Shown here: piece by piece, positions 27,674-35,078 of the stretch
Layout of the letters: each line of letters begins with the position of its first letter
How positions within the stretch are numbered: position 1 is the first letter of the stretch
Source: a virus
Strand: one strand, 5' to 3'
Length of the DNA: 45,568 bases
Virus record (IMG/VR): IMGVR_UViG_3300031418_000024
Program-made: the position numbers and the translations under genes
The notes under the pieces: generated by a model
What the model was told of the DNA's origin: nothing
Seen by the model: only the letters and a program-made list of their open reading frames with translations
Database searches by the model: none

Positions 27674-27960
27674 ATACGCGCCAGGAAGTGTGGACCATCG
27701 CTCAGCAAACTGGCATGGATGAGTTCATATCCAAAGTCTCATCAGTGTTCGGGAAGGGTGCGGAGGTTGCGATAGAGACGGGCGGCGTAGTCTATGAGAC
27801 CCGCGACGGATTGATGGACTCGGGCCAGGATCGTGTAGTGCCAGGGACTGGAGCTACAGAGCGCAGGCTGAAGCCTAACCGGGAGCTAAACGAGGTACTG
27901 AAAGAGTGCCGGGAGTTCTCAAAGAACCCTAAACGCAGGACGTTACACAGAGGGAAATAA
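27670..27960 (+). CDS. Hypothetical protein (96 aa)
   Basis: ATGA overlap upstream; its stop shares one nucleotide with the next ATG. Confidence 0.5.
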   Translation: MNTRQEVWTIAQQTGMDEFISKVSSVFGKGAEVAIETGGVVYETRDGLMDSGQDRVVPGTGATERRLKPNRELNEVLKECREFSKNPKRRTLHRGK

Positions 27961-28745
27961 TGATTAGACATTTTCATGGCTCCCCCATTTGGGGAGCTAA
28001 AGGGGAAGTAGCCAAAATCGCACATCGCGATGGTGGTGCTTTTATCTCCTACGCCAGGACGGATCAGATAACGCTGGTTTATCAGATTGCCGATCAAATA
28101 GGCCTGGACAATGGAGCGTTCTCAGCATGGAAGCGAGGGGCCATTCTTGATTGGAATTTATTTTACCGCTGGCTTGATAAGTACTATGAAAATGAGAAAA
28201 CCCTTTTCTTTGTCATACCTGACATCATAGAAGGCAGCGAGATTGACAACGACAGGCTGATCCGTTCCGTACCTGAAGCATTCAGGGATAAGGCAGCGCC
28301 TACATGGCACCTTCATGAATCAATAGATCGCCTGATCAATCTTTGTGCCGATTGGCCTCGCGTATGTTTCGGATCTTCTGGCGAGTATGCTGTTGTCAGA
28401 TCTCCAGCCTGGCATCGCAGAATGAAAGAGGCATTCACGGCAATTTATAATTCACCGCACCGGCCAATGATTCATGGGTTAAGGATGCTGGATAATAGAG
28501 TTCTGGGGCAGTGGCCGCTTACAACAGCGGACAGCACCAACCTGGCAAGTAATGTGCCTAAACTCGAAGTAAAATATCCAGATATTACCGCCCAGCTCCG
28601 GGGAATAGGTTGCAATGACGACGAGGTGAAGATGGGTAGATGCGCGATTCTGAGGGCTGCAATCGAAAAATCGAATCCTCCAACCTATGACCAGTGGGCC
28701 AGCATGAACGGACTTTACCCTTGCGAGTACTGGAGTAAAAACTAA
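27960..28745 (+). CDS. dpdA: DpdA-like (tRNA-guanine-transglycosylase superfamily) DNA guanine transglycosylase candidate
   Basis: Ordered motifs LDNGAFSAW, VCFGSSG, IHGLRML and TTADSTNLA resemble phage DpdA/TGT signatures as I recall them; needs HMM confirmation. Confidence 0.5.
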   Translation: MIRHFHGSPIWGAKGEVAKIAHRDGGAFISYARTDQITLVYQIADQIGLDNGAFSAWKRGAILDWNLFYRWLDKYYENEKTLFFVIPDIIEGSEIDNDRLIRSVPEAFRDKAAPTWHLHESIDRLINLCADWPRVCFGSSGEYAVVRSPAWHRRMKEAFTAIYNSPHRPMIHGLRMLDNRVLGQWPLTTADSTNLASNVPKLEVKYPDITAQLRGIGCNDDEVKMGRCAILRAAIEKSNPPTYDQWASMNGLYPCEYWSKN

Positions 28746-28765
28746 GCCTCTTCGGAGGCTTTTTT
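28745..28765 (+). terminator. Rho-independent terminator after the dpdA-like gene
   Basis: AGCCTC-ttcg-GAGGCT followed by T5. Confidence 0.75.
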
Positions 28766-28786
28766 AATATCCGTCGAAAATAACCC

Positions 28787-28815
28787 TTGCCATAGTATTA
28801 CGCCTGCATTATATT
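28787..28815 (+). promoter_or_regulatory. Early-promoter family member TTGCCA-17-TATATT (drives the lipoprotein gene)
   Basis: About 40 nt nearly identical to the promoter at 38716-38744 (CCCTTGCnAnAnTATTACGCnnGnATTATATT). Confidence 0.55.
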
Positions 28816-28858
28816 CCTTTCATCGGCTGAATATGCCAATCACTAAAAGGAATCCATC

Positions 28859-29164
28859 ATGAAACTGTTAATCATCGCCGCCGCTCTCTCTGCCCTCCTC
28901 ACCGGTTGCGCTTCCATCGGCGACCACGTTGGCGGCCCTGACCGCTGCATGGTGATGGCTGGTGACGTGTGCGCCCAGCGTGTTGAGAATGGCATGGTCG
29001 TTGCCGGTTCTACCGTTGACATCTACAACGACGGCACAATCCTGGCAGACGTACCGGTCCGCAAATCAGCGATGCGCCACATGGGTGACTCTGTGGCATA
29101 CAATGGCGGCGGCACCATCATCGGCAGTCGTCACAACCCAGCCGTTAAACCTAAACTGAACTGA
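28859..29164 (+). CDS. Lipoprotein (candidate superinfection-exclusion factor)
   Basis: Signal peptide with lipobox LLTGC; own promoter directly after a terminator. Confidence 0.65.
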   Translation: MKLLIIAAALSALLTGCASIGDHVGGPDRCMVMAGDVCAQRVENGMVVAGSTVDIYNDGTILADVPVRKSAMRHMGDSVAYNGGGTIIGSRHNPAVKPKLN

Positions 29165-29171
29165 GGCGAGC

Positions 29172-29759
29172 ATGGCACACGATAACAATCGCCGGATGAA
29201 GTGGACCGTCCAGGCTGATATGCGCGCAGAGGAACTTGCTGGAAAGGTGACGCCGGAAGAGATCGCCAAAGAGTTAGGGTGCACGGTCACCGCTCTGGAA
29301 ACGCGCGCCAGCAAGGTCGGGATTTCACTCCGCATGAGTGGCGCTTCAATCTGGCGCGAGACGCCGGAGGAGAATAAAGCCGTGGTCGAAATGTACCAGG
29401 CCAAAGTCCCCCGCAAGGTCATTGCTAAAAAGTTCGGGGTGAACGAGAACCAGATCGGACGCATCGCCTATAACGCAGGAGTTTGTGACCGGCGCGGCCA
29501 TTGGTCAGAGCAGGAATCCGCAGACGTTGCCTGGTGGTATGGGCATATCCCATCGGCGAAGCTGGGCGCGGTCATGGGGAAGAGCGACGCGGCGATCACC
29601 TCTGAGATGCATAGAATCAGATACGGGCTGTTTGGCCGCAAGAGTCGCGAGTGGTATCAGAAACACATGACCAGCCGCTATACCGCGGAGGATTTTGGCC
29701 TTGAATCAAGGTTTGTAAATCACCGGAAGTTGGTGCGGAAGTTATTGCAGAAGATATGA
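29172..29759 (+). CDS. DNA-binding protein candidate with three Myb/SANT-like HTH repeats
   Basis: Three segments of about 50 aa of the type W-x-x-E...IAKELG...; pattern recognition only. Confidence 0.4.
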   Translation: MAHDNNRRMKWTVQADMRAEELAGKVTPEEIAKELGCTVTALETRASKVGISLRMSGASIWRETPEENKAVVEMYQAKVPRKVIAKKFGVNENQIGRIAYNAGVCDRRGHWSEQESADVAWWYGHIPSAKLGAVMGKSDAAITSEMHRIRYGLFGRKSREWYQKHMTSRYTAEDFGLESRFVNHRKLVRKLLQKI

Positions 29760-29803
29760 TGTAGTAATAATATAATCGTCACACTAAAAATGAGGCTATC
29801 ATT

Positions 29804-30052
29804 ATGAACGATAAGATAGAAAAAGCACCACCGACGCTAACGGCGGCACTGTCTCCGTTCCACGTATCGCACAGCCTGATTATCAGTCAGCTTAGCGAAC
29901 TGGGCGCGTGGGAGCGCCTGCGCCCTGAATACATCAGTTCAGGCCAGTTGCGCCTGGCACTGCAGGACGCAGAGAAGTTACTGGCCGATGTTCAGCGTTT
30001 GCATGGCTACCTTTTCGAAATGGTTCAGGATCCGAAATACTGGGGGAAGTGA
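29804..30052 (+). CDS. Hypothetical protein (82 aa)
   Basis: ORF with RBS tgagg. Confidence 0.5.
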   Translation: MNDKIEKAPPTLTAALSPFHVSHSLIISQLSELGAWERLRPEYISSGQLRLALQDAEKLLADVQRLHGYLFEMVQDPKYWGK

Positions 30053-30966
30053 TGGATAATTTAAAACTATGCAAATGGTTGTCTGATGAATTCGGAATTA
30101 CCGACCAGCAATATGACGCTTATATTCACAGCTTTAATAAAGACGTTATGTCTGGCAGCCCCGTCCAGGATAATTGCTGGCAGCAGCGCGCAGAAGCAGC
30201 AGAGGCGAAGCTGGCAGGGCTGGAGAAGCAGCAGCCGTATGGTTACGTTGTGATAACGGGTACGGGTGCTAAAAAATTCTCTACTCGCCACCCGAGACTG
30301 CGAGTAACCAATGAGCCGCCTGTTGCCGTATTCACCCGCGCCCCGCCCGCCGCTGACCTGGCTGAAATTGTTCCTGAAGATTTAAATGGGAAGAGCATGA
30401 GCTATATTGCTGATAAATTTCAGGTGTCAATTTCAGAGGCGCAATTTATTCTTGTCGGTTTTAATGCCTGCCGAACGACTATCCTGCGCAAAATTGAGGA
30501 GGTGAAGCTGGATTACTTCGGATCGCTAGTGTCAAAGGCTCGCATTTCTGCAGATAAAGCGATGGTTAAATTTCCTCAGCCTAACTATGTGCTGCTGAAG
30601 GTTGCGGAAGAGGCGGGAGAGGTTGTGCAGGCTGGCGTCCATTACGCAGAGGGCCGGATGAAGTGGGAGAAACTGGAGGGTGAGGTTGTTCAGTTGCTGG
30701 CTATGCTCATCCGCCTGGTTACTGAGGGCGATCAGGTTAACGGCATAGCACCTCCGGAAAGCTGCCGGAATTTTATCCCCGCGCCCGCCGCTGAACTGGC
30801 TGACTTGGTGCCGGATGAAATAACCCACGCAGATGCACCTGAGCTACAGGAAATAGCATCAAGCGCACGCGCCATCGGCATAAAGGGCGCCTATGCCGGA
30901 TTTGCTGTTGGTGCAAACTGGATGCGTGCCGCCATCCTGCGCAAAATTGAGGAGGCGAAAAAGTGA
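30052..30966 (+). CDS. MazG-like nucleotide pyrophosphohydrolase domain protein flanked by two copies of an internal repeat module
   Basis: KVAEEAGEVVQ...EKLEGEVVQLLAMLIRL (MazG-type EExxE helices). Repeated AADLAEIVPED...ILRKIEEVK and AAELADLVPDE...ILRKIEEAKK. Confidence 0.5.
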   Translation: MDNLKLCKWLSDEFGITDQQYDAYIHSFNKDVMSGSPVQDNCWQQRAEAAEAKLAGLEKQQPYGYVVITGTGAKKFSTRHPRLRVTNEPPVAVFTRAPPAADLAEIVPEDLNGKSMSYIADKFQVSISEAQFILVGFNACRTTILRKIEEVKLDYFGSLVSKARISADKAMVKFPQPNYVLLKVAEEAGEVVQAGVHYAEGRMKWEKLEGEVVQLLAMLIRLVTEGDQVNGIAPPESCRNFIPAPAAELADLVPDEITHADAPELQEIASSARAIGIKGAYAGFAVGANWMRAAILRKIEEAKK

Positions 30967-31235
30967 CCCCGGCACACATGGGCGTAGATATCGCTGTCGG
31001 GGCTGAGGTGATGATTGCAGCTGGCGTCTTTGCCGGTCACTACGGCCTTGTGTATGAATATGACGGCATCATCGCAAAGATGCAGGTCACAACAAAAACA
31101 GGAATGAAAGTTTCAACACGGTCTCACAAAGGCCGCCTTATGATTCTTTCGATGAATGACATCGATCGGCAATTAACCTTAGGCAACTGGCAGGAACTGC
31201 AGGTTGTCGAACATTACAGGAAATCTAAAAAATGA
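30963..31235 (+). CDS. Hypothetical protein (start GTG 30963 or ATG 30978)
   Basis: ORF; GTGA overlap with the previous stop. Confidence 0.45.
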   Translation: MTPAHMGVDIAVGAEVMIAAGVFAGHYGLVYEYDGIIAKMQVTTKTGMKVSTRSHKGRLMILSMNDIDRQLTLGNWQELQVVEHYRKSKK

Positions 31236-31873
31236 CACATATGAATGCAGGTATTCGCGAAGCAATGATCGAGAAAGCCCTGGTTACTTCAGGTATCAAT
31301 GAGCGCCGCCTGGTGCTGACTCAGGACCGCGCAAACTTCGCTGAGAAAGTGCGCCAGGTTCTGCTGGGTCTGGGTGACGTGACTGACGCCATCCTGGATG
31401 AAAGAAAGGCTCTGATTGAAAAGTGGAATAACCACGAATACAACATTCAGTACATTAATCTTTATGGCAGTTCTAAGCAGTCACACCTTGATGTAAACCT
31501 TAACGGCATGGCAGTTGATCTTTGCTTCAACGGCGCGAGCGCCCGCAATGGTGACACGCCCCTGGGAAAGTCTGCAGAATTTAAACGCTGGGTATCATAC
31601 AGCCGCAAGAACATCGCAGATGCTGCTCTGGCTGATGAGTTTATGTCGCTTGAGAAACGAGCTGAAGATCTTAAGGGAGAGGAGCAGACGCTACGGGCGA
31701 CACTGACAGCGGCGACGAAGCGATTCAGAACCATTGAGAAAATGAAAGAGGAATGGCCTGCATCTGCTGAGCTGCTTCCTGATGACTTGCCAGTCGTCCA
31801 GACCGGCACCGGTGTAGCACTGGCGGTTGATGACCTTAACGCCATTTGCGGCATCCCGAAAGATAAGGCATAA
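31232..31873 (+). CDS. Hypothetical protein (213 aa)
   Basis: ATGA overlap upstream; followed by a strong terminator. Confidence 0.5.
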   Translation: MTHMNAGIREAMIEKALVTSGINERRLVLTQDRANFAEKVRQVLLGLGDVTDAILDERKALIEKWNNHEYNIQYINLYGSSKQSHLDVNLNGMAVDLCFNGASARNGDTPLGKSAEFKRWVSYSRKNIADAALADEFMSLEKRAEDLKGEEQTLRATLTAATKRFRTIEKMKEEWPASAELLPDDLPVVQTGTGVALAVDDLNAICGIPKDKA

Positions 31874-31909
31874 TCATCCCCGGTTAATTCCATTGCTGAT
31901 CTGTATTTG

Positions 31910-31939
31910 GCCCCACGCTATATGTGGGGCTTTTTTTTT
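31910..31939 (+). terminator. Rho-independent terminator ending the accessory operon
   Basis: GCCCCAC-gctatat-GTGGGGC followed by T9. Confidence 0.85.
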
Positions 31940-31982
31940 GCTATCGTTCGCTGTGACGAAAACTTAATCAGGAAACACAGCA

Positions 31983-32300
31983 ATGCAACACAACGACCTT
32001 CCCCCTGAGATCTCCAGTTGGATCGCGAGAATACCCGTAGCACTCGCGGGCGCGGCTGGGGCTTTCGTTGTCGTAGTATCTAAAGCCGAACGCAAGACTG
32101 GCGCGGCCTCTCTCTCATTTATCATGTGCGGATTACTCGTCGCTGTATTCTGCGCCCCAGCTCTATGTGACGTGGTTGGCATCAAGTCCGACTCCATGAT
32201 CAGCCTGATCAGCTTTGCCACCGGGACCGGATGGTCCTCTGTTGTGACTAAAGTTCAGAATTGGCTGACTGGCGTTAGGATGCCAGGTGGTTCAGAATGA
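31983..32300 (+). CDS. Putative holin
   Basis: 105 aa with 2-3 transmembrane segments; first gene of the lysis cassette. Confidence 0.55.
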   Translation: MQHNDLPPEISSWIARIPVALAGAAGAFVVVVSKAERKTGAASLSFIMCGLLVAVFCAPALCDVVGIKSDSMISLISFATGTGWSSVVTKVQNWLTGVRMPGGSE

Positions 32301-32641
32301 TACAGTCCATTCACAATCACTTCACCATGCAAGGGGCTTGTTTAGATATGAGCGGAGATCCTAGCTTTTGGGCTACCGGGTGGGGCTTTATCGTCCTGCT
32401 CATTATCTTTGCGAGCTGCCAGGTTACCATCTGGCATCGTCGCATCGGCGACAGCATATCAGAGCGCATCTATTGCTGGGTGATGTCCATCACCTGCGTA
32501 ATGGCCTGGGCGCACATCATTGAGGATACCTACCCGCATTACCAGATGAAGATCATGCTGACAGCGACGGCGCTATGGTTATTCTGGCGATGCATCAGGA
32601 AGGTGTTCACCCCACGGGCCAGGAGCATCAATAATGGTTAA
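32297..32641 (+). CDS. Membrane protein in the lysis cassette (second holin or antiholin candidate)
   Basis: 114 aa, about 3 transmembrane segments, ATGA overlap with the holin gene. Confidence 0.45.
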   Translation: MIQSIHNHFTMQGACLDMSGDPSFWATGWGFIVLLIIFASCQVTIWHRRIGDSISERIYCWVMSITCVMAWAHIIEDTYPHYQMKIMLTATALWLFWRCIRKVFTPRARSINNG

Positions 32642-33182
32642 CATCCCCCTGTGGGCTAAGTTGCTGGCGATTGCGCTGGCACTGGCCGCCGCCGCCTGGT
32701 TAAACGACAGATACGTCGTATCCCCGGCCGTAGCGAAGAATGACAAGGCCTGGTCTGATAAGTGGCATGACCGGGATAACGCAGACAATAAGGCAAAGCA
32801 AAATTATGACGCAGAGCAGAGAGCAAAAGAGCGGGACGCGCAGGCCGCACTTGACCGGATCCAGTCTGAACATGATGCAGAGATTGCGCTGGCTGAAAGT
32901 CGGGCTACTGCTTCTCGTCGTGAGTCTGCTGGGCTGCGCAAAGGAATCAGTGACGCCATCGCCCAGCTACAGCAACAACGCGGCGAAGGTTCCGGCACTC
33001 AACCCGTCATCTCTGCAGGGGCCAGTTCCGGCGTTCTGCTCTCCCAGCTGTTTGGAGAGCTTGACGATGCAGCGACAAACTATGCAGCAGAGGCTGACCG
33101 CGCAAGGCGGGCAGGGCTGAACTGTGAACGGTCATATAACGAAGTAAGGAAGGTAATAAATGACGAAGCAATTAGACGATAA
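32634..33182 (+). CDS. Rz: i-spanin (Rz-like)
   Basis: N-terminal transmembrane segment, coiled-coil periplasmic domain, and an embedded +1-frame lipoprotein gene. Confidence 0.7.
   Translation: MVNIPLWAKLLAIALALAAAAWLNDRYVVSPAVAKNDKAWSDKWHDRDNADNKAKQNYDAEQRAKERDAQAALDRIQSEHDAEIALAESRATASRRESAGLRKGISDAIAQLQQQRGEGSGTQPVISAGASSGVLLSQLFGELDDAATNYAAEADRARRAGLNCERSYNEVRKVINDEAIRR
32872..33120 (+). CDS. Rz1: o-spanin (Rz1-like lipoprotein) fully embedded in Rz
   Basis: MMQRLRWLKVGLLLLVVSLLGC lipobox followed by a Pro-rich mature region; +1 frame inside Rz. Confidence 0.65.
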   Translation: MMQRLRWLKVGLLLLVVSLLGCAKESVTPSPSYSNNAAKVPALNPSSLQGPVPAFCSPSCLESLTMQRQTMQQRLTAQGGQG

Positions 33183-33675
33183 CGGCGTTCAGTTCACCGG
33201 CGCGTGGGAGAAGTTCAGCCCGGTGCCGTACTACGCAACAGAGGCTGAGCGTAAGCGCGGGATCCAGACCATCGGTAAGGGTCACGTGATCAAGGCTGGG
33301 GAGCGCTTCACCTCGATCAGTGAGCGCCAGGCTGACGTCCTGCTGCGCCAGGATATGTCAGAGGCAATTAACCGTGTGAATGCCGTTGCTCACCTGTCGC
33401 TGAATCAGGCGCAGTTTAACGCGATGTGCGACCTGGTGTTTAACGTCGGGCCAAACTGCATCCGTGCCGGCACAGGAACAGGTGAGGCGCTGCGCGCTGG
33501 CGACATCGCCACGTTGCGTAAAAAGCTCCCGCAGTTCCGCAACCAGACCCAGCCTGATGGAAGCCTGAAGCCGGAGCTGGGTATCTACCGTCGTGCTGTT
33601 GGTCGCCTGGCGTTGTTTGACGGCAAGCCGTGGCAGGAAGCCGAAGCCATCGGCCGCGCGGTGAAGTCGCTATGA
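33160..33675 (+). CDS. Endolysin (GH24-type lysozyme candidate)
   Basis: RBS aggaagg; 171 aa; resembles phage lysozyme in size and in an N-terminal acidic residue (E17 in WEKFS, a candidate catalytic Glu; alignment not done); sits in the lysis cassette. Confidence 0.7.
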   Translation: MTKQLDDNGVQFTGAWEKFSPVPYYATEAERKRGIQTIGKGHVIKAGERFTSISERQADVLLRQDMSEAINRVNAVAHLSLNQAQFNAMCDLVFNVGPNCIRAGTGTGEALRAGDIATLRKKLPQFRNQTQPDGSLKPELGIYRRAVGRLALFDGKPWQEAEAIGRAVKSL

Positions 33676-33902
33676 GTGACCAGCCTTTGAGCGCCAGGAA
33701 GGTTCAGGTCAAGTTTAAGCGGATGCCACGCGCTGAGCGACTCTGTATGACGCAGGAGGAGCTGGCGCGCTATCGTGAGCTGTCGAGTGCAGGGAATAAG
33801 CAGGGCGGCGTCATCCTGCCTACGCAGGACCGGAAGATGATCGATGATGGTGTGAAGACGTTTGACTGGAGCCATACGCATTATCAGCGAGGTATGAAAT
33901 AA
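33672..33902 (+). CDS. Hypothetical protein (76 aa)
   Basis: ATG 33672 in an ATGA overlap with the endolysin stop. Confidence 0.45.
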   Translation: MSDQPLSARKVQVKFKRMPRAERLCMTQEELARYRELSSAGNKQGGVILPTQDRKMIDDGVKTFDWSHTHYQRGMK

Positions 33903-33936
33903 CGCTCTGTGCGCCATTCTGAGAGCACCAATAAAA

Positions 33937-33968
33937 AAGGCACCTAACTCTGGGTGCCTTTATCTTTT
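33937..33968. terminator. Bidirectional terminator between the lysis cassette and the leftward early block
   Basis: AAGGCACC-taactctg-GGTGCCTT with an A-run upstream and a T-rich tail downstream. Confidence 0.75.
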
Positions 33969-33994
33969 GTGTTAAACCTGGTGCGGATGGCTGC

Positions 33995-34630
33995 CTATTT
34001 AGCTGGTCGCCATGCTACGACATCGTTGGTGTTACGCTGTGATGGATTCCACGGCCAGTAAATGTCACCACGACGCACGCTGTTTAGCTGTATTCCCTGC
34101 CGTGTTTTTATGTCAAATAAAACAGCCATGCTGATAGGGCCATCTGAGTGCTTGCCGTCCCAATTTTTCCACCCATCATCCTGCTGCGCCTGATAGGCCG
34201 CCACTGCTGTCTCAGTTGGCACAGTGCCAGCGCTTTCATGGCTCAAAAATTTACCACCCAGATCCACGTGACCGAATCGAACACCACCCAGAGACTGAAG
34301 CTGAGCGCGGTCAATGTTTTCCTGGTTATCTTTCTCAGCATCTTCCTGGCGCTTCACCTCTGCAGCATAGTCGCATTCAGCCAGCAGGCTGGCATAACTC
34401 ACCAGGTCGATCAGGGTATCTTCACAACCGGGCGCTGCTTCATTGCGTGCCAGCTTAAGCGCCAGCAGCATGGCCCAGATATCACGCTCCTTCAGATTGC
34501 GGCCAGTGATGGCGTTAAAGATGCGCGCAATGTGTGCAGCGGTGCGCTCACCCTGCTCACCATAGTTATGGTCAGCGGCGCGCTGCGCCTGGGTTTCGGT
34601 TGCCTCGTTCAGGAAATGAGTTGCTTTCAT
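33995..34630 (-). CDS. Two-domain protein of unknown function (all-alpha N-terminal domain; C-terminal DUF551-like tail)
   Basis: RBS agagga. N-terminus ...YGEQGERTAAHIARIFNAI...KLARN...DTLIDLVSYASL; C-terminus ...IYWPWN...DVVAWRPAK. Family names are from memory. Confidence 0.4.
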   Translation of the reverse strand: MKATHFLNEATETQAQRAADHNYGEQGERTAAHIARIFNAITGRNLKERDIWAMLLALKLARNEAAPGCEDTLIDLVSYASLLAECDYAAEVKRQEDAEKDNQENIDRAQLQSLGGVRFGHVDLGGKFLSHESAGTVPTETAVAAYQAQQDDGWKNWDGKHSDGPISMAVLFDIKTRQGIQLNSVRRGDIYWPWNPSQRNTNDVVAWRPAK

Positions 34631-34639
34631 GCTGTCCTC

Positions 34640-34870
34640 TTATTCGGTAATGGTTAAATCAATGCCGCCGCGCTTGCAACGCAGGCTGACCTTAATGCCC
34701 AGGCTTGCCGCGACATATCGCAGCTTATCCAGCCAGTATTTACGGCTTTCGTCTGAATATGACAGGTAGCCAGACTCAATCAGGGGGATAAAGGCCGTGG
34801 TTCCGACTTCGTTATTCTGCTTCAGGAACTCCCGCAGCTCCTCGCAGGCTTCTTCTTTAAGCTTTCGCAT
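34640..34870 (-). CDS. Hypothetical protein (76 aa)
   Basis: ORF overlapping the upstream gene by 14 nt. Confidence 0.45.
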   Translation of the reverse strand: MRKLKEEACEELREFLKQNNEVGTTAFIPLIESGYLSYSDESRKYWLDKLRYVAASLGIKVSLRCKRGGIDLTITE

Positions 34871-35078
34871 CGACGTGTTCCTTCAGGTCAGCCAGCGCGG
34901 TGTGGACGTCTTCGCGGATGAACTCGCAGAAGCCATTTGCAAAAACGCCGGTGACGAATACCTGGCCGCGTAGTGGTCCGATAGGAACCTGGCCGATGTT
35001 AACGCGGGTTCCGTTGGTGAATGCCCAGGCGGTAAGGCTACCCAGGCAGGGGCGCGCTGATTTATTAGTTGAGCACAT
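34857..35078 (-). CDS. Hypothetical protein (73 aa; start trimmed to ATG 35078)
   Basis: The longer ORF would overlap the upstream gene by 116 nt; ATG 35078 gives a 14-nt overlap. Confidence 0.4.
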   Translation of the reverse strand: MCSTNKSARPCLGSLTAWAFTNGTRVNIGQVPIGPLRGQVFVTGVFANGFCEFIREDVHTALADLKEHVDAKA

